Virus record (IMG/VR): IMGVR_UViG_3300014205_000001
Location: 317,413-381,412 of that record
Reading direction: 5' to 3' (one strand)
Length of the DNA: 64,000 nucleotides
DNA from: a virus
Lineage: Duplodnaviria; Heunggongvirae; Uroviricota; Caudoviricetes
Within the stretch, counting starts at the first letter, position 1. The number at the start of each line of letters is the position of its first letter. The position numbers and the translations under genes are program-made. Shown piece after piece: positions 10,485 through 20,345 of this stretch. A model generated the notes under the pieces. It was given only the letters and a program-made list of their open reading frames with translations. It made no database searches and was not told where the DNA came from.

Positions 10485-11267
10485 ATGGACACAAAAATAA
10501 CAGTATTAGAAAATGTAAGTGATCTTGACGCACCACTTACTGCGTATTTACGAAAATTACAAAATGTTAACGTTACAGTTGTTTATTCAATACAAAGTAA
10601 AAGTCAAGAAAAACAAATTGAAATACATCAAGCACTTTCCAATTGCGAAATGTTGTGTGTATGTTCAACATTTGCAAATCAAGATCAACTTGCACAATTT
10701 GTAAAATTAATACCATTTTATCCCAATATTAAAGAAGTTAGGATAATGTATTTATATAGTAAACCCAACGCAGGTGACAATCGTTCATTTTTATTCAAAT
10801 TAAATTTGGATATTGAAAAAGAAGTATATAAAGGAATATTAGAATTATTAGAAAAAATAAAAATAGTTGAAGTTTTTCAGATCGGTTTAATTACTCAAAA
10901 ACAAGAATATTTCGATAAAATTGAATATTACTTTGACGAAGTTGAATTGTATTACATTCCTAAAAAAGATTTAATCTGGCATGTTCGTCCACCTTACATA
11001 GTATTAGATGGTGAAGAAAATTATTTACAACAAGTTCCTACAAAAGTTGTTACTGTTACCAAACATACAGAAACTGATTTAACAACATTACCAGGTTTGT
11101 ATATAAAACCAATTGATTTACCAATTTTGAAACCTGCGATGGAAGAATTTCGTGCAATGGTTGATAATCAAATAGAATCGTGTAAACAGCAAAATTTTGG
11201 TGATTCAGAAAGTTTAATAGCTGAAAAAGAAGAATGGTTAAACCTTTTAGACAAATATAAATTATGA
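10485..11267 (+). CDS. Hypothetical protein
   Basis: 260-aa ORF. Confidence 0.7.
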   Translation: MDTKITVLENVSDLDAPLTAYLRKLQNVNVTVVYSIQSKSQEKQIEIHQALSNCEMLCVCSTFANQDQLAQFVKLIPFYPNIKEVRIMYLYSKPNAGDNRSFLFKLNLDIEKEVYKGILELLEKIKIVEVFQIGLITQKQEYFDKIEYYFDEVELYYIPKKDLIWHVRPPYIVLDGEENYLQQVPTKVVTVTKHTETDLTTLPGLYIKPIDLPILKPAMEEFRAMVDNQIESCKQQNFGDSESLIAEKEEWLNLLDKYKL

Positions 11268-11665
11268 TTAAAGGAAAAGCAAAAGTAAATGGTTGGAAAT
11301 TTTATTTCAAACTACATTCACGGAAGGATAACGATCCGACTAAAGTCGAATTTCATATCACACCTGTATTAACTCACTTTGCTGTGAAACATCCTTCAGG
11401 TTGTGCAAAAGGTGGAGGTTTAGCATTAGAATGGGGTTACTGGGCAATTTCAATAGGAATGTTTTATTTCGATCATGTAACATATAGGTTGGGTCGTTAT
11501 TCAATTAAAGAAGCAATCGCATATTTACGCAAAACTGTAAAAACTTTTAAAGATTTACAGTCAAACATTATGACTTCAGAAGAAACAATTGAAGTAGGTC
11601 GCGAATTAGACAATATTGCAGGTTCAGTAGAAATTATGAGATTTAACCAAATAAAACAAAACTAA
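11264..11665 (+). CDS. Hypothetical protein
   Basis: 4-nt overlap with the upstream gene. Confidence 0.6.
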   Translation: MIKGKAKVNGWKFYFKLHSRKDNDPTKVEFHITPVLTHFAVKHPSGCAKGGGLALEWGYWAISIGMFYFDHVTYRLGRYSIKEAIAYLRKTVKTFKDLQSNIMTSEETIEVGRELDNIAGSVEIMRFNQIKQN

Positions 11666-11889
11666 TGAAAGAACAAATCGCACAATATCGCAAAGCTTTG
11701 AAGTATCAAAAGTTAGCACTTTTAATTTCAAGCGCATTCATGATCGGAATGTTAATTTTATTAAGTTTTCCGTATCGTGTAACTTATGAAATTAATTCTG
11801 CCTTTTTTCTGGTAATTGTAGGTTGTTATTTATATGAAGGAGGTTTAAGACTAAAATTATCTCTTGCAGTATTTTTTACAAGGAGTTAA
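11665..11889 (+). CDS. Small membrane protein
   Basis: Two hydrophobic helices; TAATG coupling. Confidence 0.5.
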   Translation: MKEQIAQYRKALKYQKLALLISSAFMIGMLILLSFPYRVTYEINSAFFLVIVGCYLYEGGLRLKLSLAVFFTRS

Positions 11890-12107
11890 CATGGCATGGA
11901 TATTACTCAATGAAAAATTTTCTGATACTTTTATTGCCTTTTCTGCAATGAGTATCTTTATTGGTGCTATATTTTATTGTGCGTGGTTAGAACAAAAATA
12001 TCGTGCAATCAAAGGTTTTATCAAACGGCACGGCAAATACTCTTAAATTCAGTTTTAAATAGTAATTAAAAGGCTTATAATTGTAATATATTATAAGCCT
12101 TTTTAGC

Positions 12108-12500
12108 ATGTGTTTCAAAGTAAAAGAAAATTTCAAAACTCGGCAACAAGCCCGTGAATATCAACCCAAAGTAGCTACGAAAAACATTCGTGTGTGGAAA
12201 TTTCTTGAGCATGTATACGATAATGGTGCTTTGAAACTTTTCTCTCCATATTATTTTATGGAATATAAACAACGAAAAACATTCACATCCAAATTAGTTA
12301 AAAGTATCGATCGTTGGTCTTCTTTTAGTCCATGGGAAATCAAAATTAATCGAGGTTTACATGCTTATACATATAATCGCGAATCGACTTTTGGTTATTT
12401 TGTATATGAAATGTATGTACCCAAAGGTGCACTTTATTATACTGATGGTAAAGAAATCGTTGCGACAGCATTAGTTTTTAAACAATTACGTAAAAGATAA
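12108..12500 (+). CDS. Hypothetical protein
   Basis: 130 aa after a promoter copy at 12073. Confidence 0.6.
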   Translation: MCFKVKENFKTRQQAREYQPKVATKNIRVWKFLEHVYDNGALKLFSPYYFMEYKQRKTFTSKLVKSIDRWSSFSPWEIKINRGLHAYTYNRESTFGYFVYEMYVPKGALYYTDGKEIVATALVFKQLRKR

Positions 12501-12511
12501 ATACAACTAGT

Positions 12512-13318
12512 ATGGGACGTAGAATTGTAGTGGGTGACCTTCATGGTGCACATCTTGCTTTTTTACAATGTTTAGAACGTTGTAAATTCGATTATGAAAA
12601 TGATCAATTAATTTTAATTGGTGATATAGTTGACGGATGGGCGTATGTGTATGAATTAGTTGAAGAAATCATCAAAATTAAAAATCTAATTGCTATTAAA
12701 GGTAATCACGATGATTGGTTTATTGATTTTTTGAAAGACGGTTACTCTATGCATCCTAATATGTGGACCCAAGGTGGTGAAGGTACGTTAAAATCGTATA
12801 TCCGTTATTCTGGCCATTCAATGGAAATTGTAAGGGGTTATAATGAACAACGACGTAGAGTTGAAGTAATACGGTGTAATACCAATTTTACGAACGAATT
12901 TGTGCCTCAATCTCATAAAGATTTTTTCCATAGTATGAAATTACATTGGACAGATCATAAAAATAATTTCTTTGTACATGGCGGTTTTGATCGGGAACAA
13001 TATATTGATTATTTAACTGTGTTTGATCCGCGTGATTTTTATTGGAATCGTAAATTATGGGAACAAGCAAAATCTCATCACGGTTATGAAGGTAGTCGTT
13101 TTAGAATAGCAGAAGATTTTAAAAGAATCTTTATTGGTCATACTTGTACATTAGCTTGGGACACAGATCAACCGATGTGTGCTGATGATCGTATTTGGAA
13201 TGTCGATACAGGTGCAGGTTGGAAAGGAAAATTAACTTTCATGGATGTTGATACTTATGAGTATTGGCAAAGTGATAATGTTTTAGAATTGTACAAGGAA
13301 GATGGAAGAGAAAATTAA
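12512..13318 (+). CDS. Calcineurin-like metallophosphoesterase (Ser/Thr phosphatase family)
   Basis: GDLHG, GDIVD, GNHD, HGG and GHT motifs. Confidence 0.9.
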   Translation: MGRRIVVGDLHGAHLAFLQCLERCKFDYENDQLILIGDIVDGWAYVYELVEEIIKIKNLIAIKGNHDDWFIDFLKDGYSMHPNMWTQGGEGTLKSYIRYSGHSMEIVRGYNEQRRRVEVIRCNTNFTNEFVPQSHKDFFHSMKLHWTDHKNNFFVHGGFDREQYIDYLTVFDPRDFYWNRKLWEQAKSHHGYEGSRFRIAEDFKRIFIGHTCTLAWDTDQPMCADDRIWNVDTGAGWKGKLTFMDVDTYEYWQSDNVLELYKEDGREN

Positions 13319-13616
13319 AAGGACGTGGCATTACATACAAAAACCACAACAGCATGACATAAAATGTACAAAATGTGGAGGTACTAATTTAGATTGGAGT
13401 GAATTTGCAAAACATGTTTGGTGTTATGATTGCAAAATAGATTTCGATAATTATGTGTCAGTATTGGATGGACCCTTTCCGATAACTGTAGGTGCTCTGT
13501 TAGGAATTTCAACAGATCGATTTTTAATGGACGAAAAAATGATTGAACATTACGATTTTCAGAAAAAAGAATACGTAAAAATGACAATCGAAGAATACGG
13601 AAGAATTGGTGATTAA
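13302..13616 (+). CDS. Hypothetical Zn-ribbon protein
   Basis: CTKC...CYDC. Confidence 0.6.
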   Translation: MEEKIKRTWHYIQKPQQHDIKCTKCGGTNLDWSEFAKHVWCYDCKIDFDNYVSVLDGPFPITVGALLGISTDRFLMDEKMIEHYDFQKKEYVKMTIEEYGRIGD

Positions 13617-13622
13617 AAGAAT

Positions 13623-13994
13623 ATGCTAAAAATAAGTTTTGATTTTGATTGTACGTTGGGTGAAACAATTATCCAAAAAGTTGCTAAAATGATGTTAGCA
13701 CATCCTGAGGATTGCGAAATTTATATAGTAACTGCTCGAATTAAAGGTGAAGGTAATTGGGATTTATGGAGTGTAGCTAAACGATTAAATATTCCTAATG
13801 AACGGATATTTTTTACGGAAGGCGCTTATAAATGGAACACAATCAATCGATTAGAAATTGATATTCATTTTGACGATGTACCTGAAGAATGTGAATTGAT
13901 TGCAACACGAACAGCATGTTTACCTATATTGTTATGGGATGAATATTGTAAAGGTTCAGTTAAAGAAGAAAATTTTGGCAAAGAAATTTATTAA
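13623..13994 (+). CDS. Small HAD-superfamily phosphatase
   Basis: DFDCTL (motif I), VTAR (II), HFDD (IV). Confidence 0.75.
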   Translation: MLKISFDFDCTLGETIIQKVAKMMLAHPEDCEIYIVTARIKGEGNWDLWSVAKRLNIPNERIFFTEGAYKWNTINRLEIDIHFDDVPEECELIATRTACLPILLWDEYCKGSVKEENFGKEIY

Positions 13995-14012
13995 AAATAA
14001 AAAAACAAAAAT

Positions 14013-14222
14013 ATGAAAATAGTTATCTCGAATCCTTTTGGTGGAATTGGTTATTTATTAGCTGCACTTGCGACAGCAATTGTAGGAATGGAAATACACC
14101 ATAATGTATTTTACGCAATTGTCAATTTTTTCATGTGGCCTTTTGCATGGATTTATTGGTTAATTACACATCACGTGACAATGTCAATTATTAAATCAGC
14201 ATTTTCATTTTTCTTTCAATAA
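14013..14222 (+). CDS. Small membrane protein
   Basis: Hydrophobic 69 aa. Confidence 0.55.
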   Translation: MKIVISNPFGGIGYLLAALATAIVGMEIHHNVFYAIVNFFMWPFAWIYWLITHHVTMSIIKSAFSFFFQ

Positions 14223-14226
14223 TGTT

Positions 14227-14472
14227 ATGACACATAAACAAGAATTTAAACAATTCAAAACAATTTGTGGGTGGACTGAAGAAGAAATTTTACAAGGGAA
14301 ATGTGAGTCATCAATTAAATTATTATATAAAGATGTTTTAGGTAAAACTACCCAAGCTGATCAAATTCAAATTGTAATTGAATCTTTATTGTTATATAAC
14401 AATGTTGATTTTATTCCACAGTCAGAACTGAAAGCAGCAGTGAATAAAATCATCAAATTAGTGAAAAAATAA
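14227..14472 (+). CDS. Hypothetical protein
   Basis: 81-aa ORF. Confidence 0.55.
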   Translation: MTHKQEFKQFKTICGWTEEEILQGKCESSIKLLYKDVLGKTTQADQIQIVIESLLLYNNVDFIPQSELKAAVNKIIKLVKK

Positions 14473-14511
14473 CCATTTTCACGTATCCTTTATTATGCAT
14501 ATAATTGTATC

Positions 14512-14907
14512 ATGGAGGTTAATAAATACAATTTAGAACACGAAATTCAGACAAAAGTCAGAAATGACAATGGCTGTAGTGTTCATTTCGAATATGACGA
14601 AGAAAATTTCGTCAAAACTGTTTCCGCTTATACCATTAACCCACGCAACAATGAAACATTCCTATTAAAAACAGGAACTGGTGATACTGTTGAAGAAGCG
14701 TTAAATGCTGTTTTAAAACACATTAAAGCTTTAACTGATAAAACACCTTTTGCAGTCGAATGGGTAAAGATAGGTGAAAGTAACACTAAACGTCATGTGT
14801 CCTATTTCTATTTACATGATATGTTGGAAGTAATGCAAACATTTTTTAAAGACAAAAATACTGTAGATTATATAATTTACAAGTGTGAAACACGACCGAT
14901 TTCTTAA
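14512..14907 (+). CDS. Hypothetical protein
   Basis: ATG a few nt after the promoter motif at 14497. Confidence 0.65.
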   Translation: MEVNKYNLEHEIQTKVRNDNGCSVHFEYDEENFVKTVSAYTINPRNNETFLLKTGTGDTVEEALNAVLKHIKALTDKTPFAVEWVKIGESNTKRHVSYFYLHDMLEVMQTFFKDKNTVDYIIYKCETRPIS

Positions 14908-14934
14908 TAATAAACCAAAAACACAAACAACAAC

Positions 14935-15513
14935 ATGAAAAAGTTCAAAATGATTATCATCATCGCAATTGTAGCAATTGGCTGTGGTGTGTATTTCGTC
15001 CGTTGCGACGAAAATTACAAACAAGGTAAAAAATACGGCACCATTAACAAATTGGCTCGCGAAGGTCAATGGCGTAAAACATTGGAAGGTCATTTGCAAT
15101 CGACACAAACAGGTATGAACAGCGGTGCTGGTTTAGATTTCAGTGTCGATTATTCAAATGAAAACGAACAACTTATTGCTAAACTTGATTCTGCAGCAGC
15201 ACACGGTTGGATTGTTGAACTTGATTATCATGAAGTATTAGGTACCAATTGGATGAATCATCGTGGAAGTACTAATGTTTTTGTAACTGATTGTAAAGTT
15301 GTACAACGTCTTACGAATAATAATTCACCCGGTCAAAGTTATGTACAAGTTAAAGGAGTTCCTGATACATCAGGTACGTATAAAACAGTTGAAAGAGTTA
15401 TTGAACACGGTATAGGTTATAAAGATACAATTTATGTGATAATTTTAGGACCGGATAGGAAACCTATTGATTTGTCAAAATTAGTTCAACCACAAACAGA
15501 AGCCGTTAAATAA
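14935..15513 (+). CDS. Membrane-anchored hypothetical protein
   Basis: N-terminal hydrophobic signal/anchor (MKKFKMIIIIAIVAIGCGV); followed by the hairpin AGCCGTTA/TAACGGCT. Confidence 0.7.
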   Translation: MKKFKMIIIIAIVAIGCGVYFVRCDENYKQGKKYGTINKLAREGQWRKTLEGHLQSTQTGMNSGAGLDFSVDYSNENEQLIAKLDSAAAHGWIVELDYHEVLGTNWMNHRGSTNVFVTDCKVVQRLTNNNSPGQSYVQVKGVPDTSGTYKTVERVIEHGIGYKDTIYVIILGPDRKPIDLSKLVQPQTEAVK

Positions 15514-15548
15514 CGGCTTTTTTCATTTGTAATTGAAAAAGCTTATAA

Positions 15549-15866
15549 TTGTACAACATGAAAAAATTATACACACTCACAGCAATTTTATTTGCATTTA
15601 TGTGTTCGGCACAAACGACCACATCCTATCAACTCACCTCAAAAAATCAGGTAGGTTTAACCAGCCCTAAAAAAGATACGCTGTATTTAATTAACGACGA
15701 ATTAGGTCTTACGATTAAAGGTTCCTGGTACATGAAAGACACTACAGGGCATGATTTATACCCTGAAAAACCACACTTTGTTTTTCTGCCTAAGGATAAA
15801 TTCATCCGCAAATTAAATAATCAGATTTTGACAGAAAAAACAAAATCAAAAAACACCAACCGATAA
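15549..15866 (+). CDS. Secreted hypothetical protein
   Basis: Signal-peptide-like N-terminus MKKLYTLTAILFAFMCSAQ (likely start 15558). Confidence 0.6.
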   Translation: MYNMKKLYTLTAILFAFMCSAQTTTSYQLTSKNQVGLTSPKKDTLYLINDELGLTIKGSWYMKDTTGHDLYPEKPHFVFLPKDKFIRKLNNQILTEKTKSKNTNR

Positions 15867-16066
15867 TGAAAAATACATTATACATTATTTCAATGATTAT
15901 TATGACATTTGGTATCATTTGGTCAGTTATCAATCAGTATCATGCAGGTTATTTCGATTGGTATAAATCTTTTTCTACTTACGAAAGAATGTGTGTTGTA
16001 GGTCCTGCATATATTCCTATTTTTACAGGTTTAATCATCTATTGTTTTGCAACTTTTAAAAAATAA
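15866..16066 (+). CDS. Small membrane protein
   Basis: Two hydrophobic segments. Confidence 0.5.
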   Translation: MKNTLYIISMIIMTFGIIWSVINQYHAGYFDWYKSFSTYERMCVVGPAYIPIFTGLIIYCFATFKK

Positions 16067-16617
16067 AGATGAATCCTACTGGACATAAAGCATCCAAAAG
16101 TTGGGTACGACAAAAAACAAAACTTAAAAGAGTATCATATCCTATGAAAAATAAATTTACAAAATCGCAAAGATATTTACTTGCATTATTACTATTTGTC
16201 GTAGGTGTTTCTATGTCACTTAGTGGTTGTGGAATGCTTAGTTATATTCCTACAATTTGTGCAGCGGTACTTATAGCTACGAGATAATTTTCTAATATAT
16301 ACAATATGAAAAAATACTATTGCATATTACGTTCATGTTCTGAAAAAACTGGTGACAGTTACTTTGGACTTTCAAGATTATCTGCTGCAAAACATTTTGC
16401 TGCAAAGAAATTAATCGCATTAAAAGATTGGTTGAAGATTTATTCAATTACAAGATAATTTGTGGTGCCTTTTACGTCATGCTATGAGCTTACGTGGTAA
16501 GAAAATAGGTAAATGAAAAACCGGAGACTTCCTGGAAACACATCACGGTCAAGATAGAACCGTCACTTCCATTTAGAATACGACTATCGCACGTTCGGAG
16601 ACATTCAGCCACAAACT

Positions 16618-16651
16618 AAAAACCTCTACTTTAAACAGTAGAGGTTTTTTT
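16618..16651. terminator. Bidirectional intrinsic terminator
   Basis: AAAAACCTCTACT / AGTAGAGGTTTTT between convergent transcription units. Confidence 0.8.
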
Positions 16652-16955
16652 ATTTAATATCACCTGGGTAAGGCATCCAAGCTTTGATAGTAACTTGTGT
16701 ATAACCATTTCCTGCTTTTCGGAAAAATCCACTAAATGGTGGTTGTTCTTCACCGGATAAATCTTGTGCAAAATGTGCTTTATGAACTTCATTATCTTCG
16801 GTTAAACCAATAAAATATTTAGGTACTTTTGCAGCTTCTAAATCTTTATTCCACAGCTGTCCTTCATTGATTAGTTTTTCATATTCACTTTTGTAATGAT
16901 CGCGTGACAATTTAATGTAACGTATTTCTGATTCTAATTCTGCAATTGTTTTCAT
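16650..16955 (-). CDS. Hypothetical protein
   Basis: Directly follows 16956..17681. Confidence 0.6.
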   Translation of the reverse strand: MKTIAELESEIRYIKLSRDHYKSEYEKLINEGQLWNKDLEAAKVPKYFIGLTEDNEVHKAHFAQDLSGEEQPPFSGFFRKAGNGYTQVTIKAWMPYPGDIK

Positions 16956-17681
16956 TTATGCTGTAAAATCCATTTTATCAATATCACTTAAACCAAATTT
17001 ATCTTTTAATTCTTTGATAATTATTTTACCGAATTTTTTATCCAATAAAATAAACATGTTCCAAATGTTAGGAGAAAAGTAACCTGATAATTCAATAAAA
17101 ATTTCACTGTTAGTATAACCAAAAGGTGCTAATTCTTTTGTTAGTAATGCAAAGTATGCGTTAAAATCTGTTTTTGCAGGTTTACGCATGTGTGCATGAA
17201 ATTTAATATCAGTATTATTTTTTAAAATTTTATAGATATGTTCTTTTAAAACGCTATCACGATAGGAATCAATATTGTTTTTTGATTCTTCACCATTTAA
17301 ATCAGAATCATCAATATCTAAACTACCACCTGCATTTTTAATGATATGTTCAGCTTGAAATTCTTCAGTTACCGGCGCATCTTTTTTACCCTTGAAAATA
17401 GTATCGTATTTCAATGAATGTTTACCGATCAGTTTACTCTTCATGTTCTTACGTTTCTTAGGTTGAGGTTCATCATCTTCCTCGTCAGGTGCAATTGAAA
17501 AACCATCACTTAATTCGGGTGGAAGTTTTTCTTCTTCATCATCTAAAATAACATCACCGTTATCATCATCCTCATCTTCAGTTTCATCATCCAATTTGTC
17601 TAATAAGTGACTTGAAAATTGACCAGTTCCCCAATCTGTATTTTCATCTTCTTCGTCGTGATTATATTTTTTGCGTCCCAT
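16956..17681 (-). CDS. Acidic hypothetical protein
   Basis: D/E-rich N-terminal half; AATATATAG motif upstream. Confidence 0.7.
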   Translation of the reverse strand: MGRKKYNHDEEDENTDWGTGQFSSHLLDKLDDETEDEDDDNGDVILDDEEEKLPPELSDGFSIAPDEEDDEPQPKKRKNMKSKLIGKHSLKYDTIFKGKKDAPVTEEFQAEHIIKNAGGSLDIDDSDLNGEESKNNIDSYRDSVLKEHIYKILKNNTDIKFHAHMRKPAKTDFNAYFALLTKELAPFGYTNSEIFIELSGYFSPNIWNMFILLDKKFGKIIIKELKDKFGLSDIDKMDFTA

Positions 17682-17699
17682 AAGTATACTATATATTTT

Positions 17700-19028
17700 T
17701 TATTGTTGTGTGTTTTCGATGTAATAATCAGAGTGTAAACGTAAATACGATTTATTAAATAATAAACCAATACGTTCATAATCTGTTGCGTTGTCACGTA
17801 ATTTAACTGGCTTCCAATGATATTTACCTTCAGCTTTCATTAAATTAGTAAGAATAATTCCCCATACTGAATCGGCAGTATCAGCGATAGCTTTAGATTC
17901 AGGCATATCGTTTAATTCGATATTGTTTGCACCGTATTTATCTTTGGCTAATTGTGTTGCTGTTAAACAAACTAAATTGTATTGTTGTGCGATTGCACGT
18001 AAACCTACTGCTAAGTGTTCACCTTTTAAGTATAACATATTACGGTCAACTCCTTTTTCACATCCCATAATTTGAATGTAATCCACGATTAACATATCAA
18101 TATCAATACCTGCTTCTTCTTTTACTTGTTTTAAATATTTACGAATATCAGATAATGTCATACTACCTGAAGGAAATTCCCGTACAAATAATTTACCCGG
18201 TTTTGATTCGAATACGCCATCACCATTACGACGATTCATTTCAGCAATACGTTCTTTAATAAATTCTTTATCTTTTGCTTTTTCAGTGTATTCTGCAATA
18301 GGAACTTCTAAACGCATACTGCCGATACGTTTCATACATTTTTTATCGCTTAACTCTAAAGAAATATATGCAACATTATATCCAGCGTTGACTGCATTCA
18401 CTCCTAAATTCTGTAGAGTCAATGATTTACCTGAACCAGGACTTCCCATGTACACATTAAGTGTTTTACGGTCCCATCCACCTTCTAAAATTTGATCGAT
18501 TGTTTTATAACCTGTAGTAATTTTATTAATGGCTAATTCTTGGTCATGACTATCAGGGTCATCAAAATCTAATCCAATGCTACCTTTATCTAATTGAATA
18601 TTAATAGCATCTTCAATTTTTGATCGAACACTGCTGACTGCTTCTTGTACTTTTGTATAATCTGTTTTGTCTAAACCCTTAACGTCTTCGATTGAATTAA
18701 CTAAACCTGCAATGATTGAATTGGATAACACCCAACCTTTAAAACGAGGTAACACAAATTCTTCACGATATTCATTGAAATCAATTTTTAAGAGTGCTTT
18801 AATAAAATCAGTACTGATTTTATCTGTTTTGTCGTATAGTTTTACTAAATTAGTAATTTCTAATTTGCCAGGTACTATTTTGTCCGCACTTGCCAAGTAT
18901 TCATTACGAACACAATCGTATATGTATTTAATGTCTTCATTTTCAAAAAAGAACCCTTGTACGTTTTTAAAGTGTTCAGGATGTTTTAAGACCCAATTGA
19001 AGAAGATTTTTTCGATGTTTGCTGTCAT
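17700..19028 (-). CDS. Replicative DNA helicase, T4 gp41/DnaB-like
   Basis: Walker A GSPGSGKS, YISLEL, IVDYIQIM, TATQL, ES.AIADTAD. Confidence 0.92.
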   Translation of the reverse strand: MTANIEKIFFNWVLKHPEHFKNVQGFFFENEDIKYIYDCVRNEYLASADKIVPGKLEITNLVKLYDKTDKISTDFIKALLKIDFNEYREEFVLPRFKGWVLSNSIIAGLVNSIEDVKGLDKTDYTKVQEAVSSVRSKIEDAINIQLDKGSIGLDFDDPDSHDQELAINKITTGYKTIDQILEGGWDRKTLNVYMGSPGSGKSLTLQNLGVNAVNAGYNVAYISLELSDKKCMKRIGSMRLEVPIAEYTEKAKDKEFIKERIAEMNRRNGDGVFESKPGKLFVREFPSGSMTLSDIRKYLKQVKEEAGIDIDMLIVDYIQIMGCEKGVDRNMLYLKGEHLAVGLRAIAQQYNLVCLTATQLAKDKYGANNIELNDMPESKAIADTADSVWGIILTNLMKAEGKYHWKPVKLRDNATDYERIGLLFNKSYLRLHSDYYIENTQQ

Positions 19029-19142
19029 TGTTGCTGTTAATTCTTTTTATTGCTGTTGATTGAAGGTCGACATGACCATCATTTTCATATTATATCCTAA
19101 AAGCATATAATTGTTTTATAAATCACAAAAACAAACAACAAC

Positions 19143-19916
19143 ATGGAAACAATTAACAATTTAATTACACAGTTTGGTGAAATATTCACCAATCCGCTTC
19201 ACGCCACCTTCGTCATGATTTCGATTATGCTGTTGGAGGTTATTCTTTCAATTGACAATGCAGCAGTATTGGCTTTAATGGTAAAAGATTTACCTAAAGA
19301 ACAACAAAACAAAGCACTTCATTATGGAATTATAGGTGCTTATGTATTTCGCGGTTTAGCATTATTATTCGCCGGTACTTTAATTCAATTCTGGTGGATT
19401 AAACCAATTGGAGGTTTATATCTAATATACCTTACGTATCAGTATTTTAAAGGCTTAGGAACTGAAAAAGACGAATCAGATGATGTAAATAAACAAAATC
19501 ATTGGTTTTATAAATTTCTCACAAAAATTAAAATAAGTACATTTATCTCTACAATTATTATGGTCGAAGTTATGGATATTGCCTTTAGTATCGATAATAT
19601 CTTTGCGGTCGTTGCCTTTTCAAAAAACATGGTACTCATTATCTTTGGTGTTATGGTTGGTATTTTAGCCATGCGATATGTTGCAAATCGATTCGTAAAA
19701 CTTATGGAACATTATCCATTCCTTGAAACTTGTGCCTTTATTGTAATCGGAATTTTAGGTTTGAAATTATGCCTGGCTGCTGTAGTACATTTCATACCAA
19801 ATCTTGCCTGGATAGAATCTGAAGCATTTGATTTGATCATTTCAGGAATAACGTTATTAACATTCTTTGGTCCTATTGCATATCACAAATGGTTGAAGAA
19901 ACCTGCGACTGCATAA
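19143..19916 (+). CDS. terC: TerC-family integral membrane protein
   Basis: LEVILSIDNAAVLALMVKDLP and DIAFSIDNIFAVVA signatures. Confidence 0.9.
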   Translation: METINNLITQFGEIFTNPLHATFVMISIMLLEVILSIDNAAVLALMVKDLPKEQQNKALHYGIIGAYVFRGLALLFAGTLIQFWWIKPIGGLYLIYLTYQYFKGLGTEKDESDDVNKQNHWFYKFLTKIKISTFISTIIMVEVMDIAFSIDNIFAVVAFSKNMVLIIFGVMVGILAMRYVANRFVKLMEHYPFLETCAFIVIGILGLKLCLAAVVHFIPNLAWIESEAFDLIISGITLLTFFGPIAYHKWLKKPATA

Positions 19917-19936
19917 CTCAGTTGTTTGTGTGAACG

Positions 19937-19969
19937 AAAGGGGCGGTGCTGTTTACAGTCCGCCCTTTT
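19937..19969 (+). terminator. Intrinsic terminator
   Basis: AAAGGGGCGG / CCGCCCTTTT. Confidence 0.7.
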
Positions 19970-20001
19970 CTATTTATTAAGTAAACTTAAAAAACGAAAA
20001 T

Positions 20002-20283
20002 ATGAAATTTAAAATCGAAAATGTCTCCGAAAATTCACAATATGTTAATTTAAATATTAACTTTTCCAATATTTCCTTAGATGAAGCTGTAACAGTACTG
20101 GATGCTATCGAAAAAAAATTAGGTGTAAATTTATCCAAATTGGACAAAGAAATAGTTGCAATCATTAAAGATGGTAGTTTATTAGCTGCTGTGAAATTTC
20201 ACAAGGAGCAAACAGGTATGGGTCTTAAAGAATCTAAAGATTATTGCGATAATTTAAAAGCTAAATACGTCGTTAGTACTTAA
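20002..20283 (+). CDS. Ribosomal protein L7/L12 C-terminal domain-like protein
   Basis: LAAVKFHKEQTGMGLKESKDYCDNL resembles the bL12 CTD motif (I.AIK..R..TGLGLKEAKD.VE). Confidence 0.7.
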   Translation: MKFKIENVSENSQYVNLNINFSNISLDEAVTVLDAIEKKLGVNLSKLDKEIVAIIKDGSLLAAVKFHKEQTGMGLKESKDYCDNLKAKYVVST

Positions 20284-20345
20284 AAAAGTAATTGTGAAAA
20301 CAAATAAACAATTTTCTTTACTAATTACTGATTTAAATTTACAAC

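Noticed and set aside
18286-19059. Plus-strand ORFs 18286..18495 and 18667..19059, and similar short antisense ORFs inside nampt, uvsX, the TROVE-like gene and the giant gene
   Set aside because: They lie fully opposite well-supported genes and are shadow ORFs.
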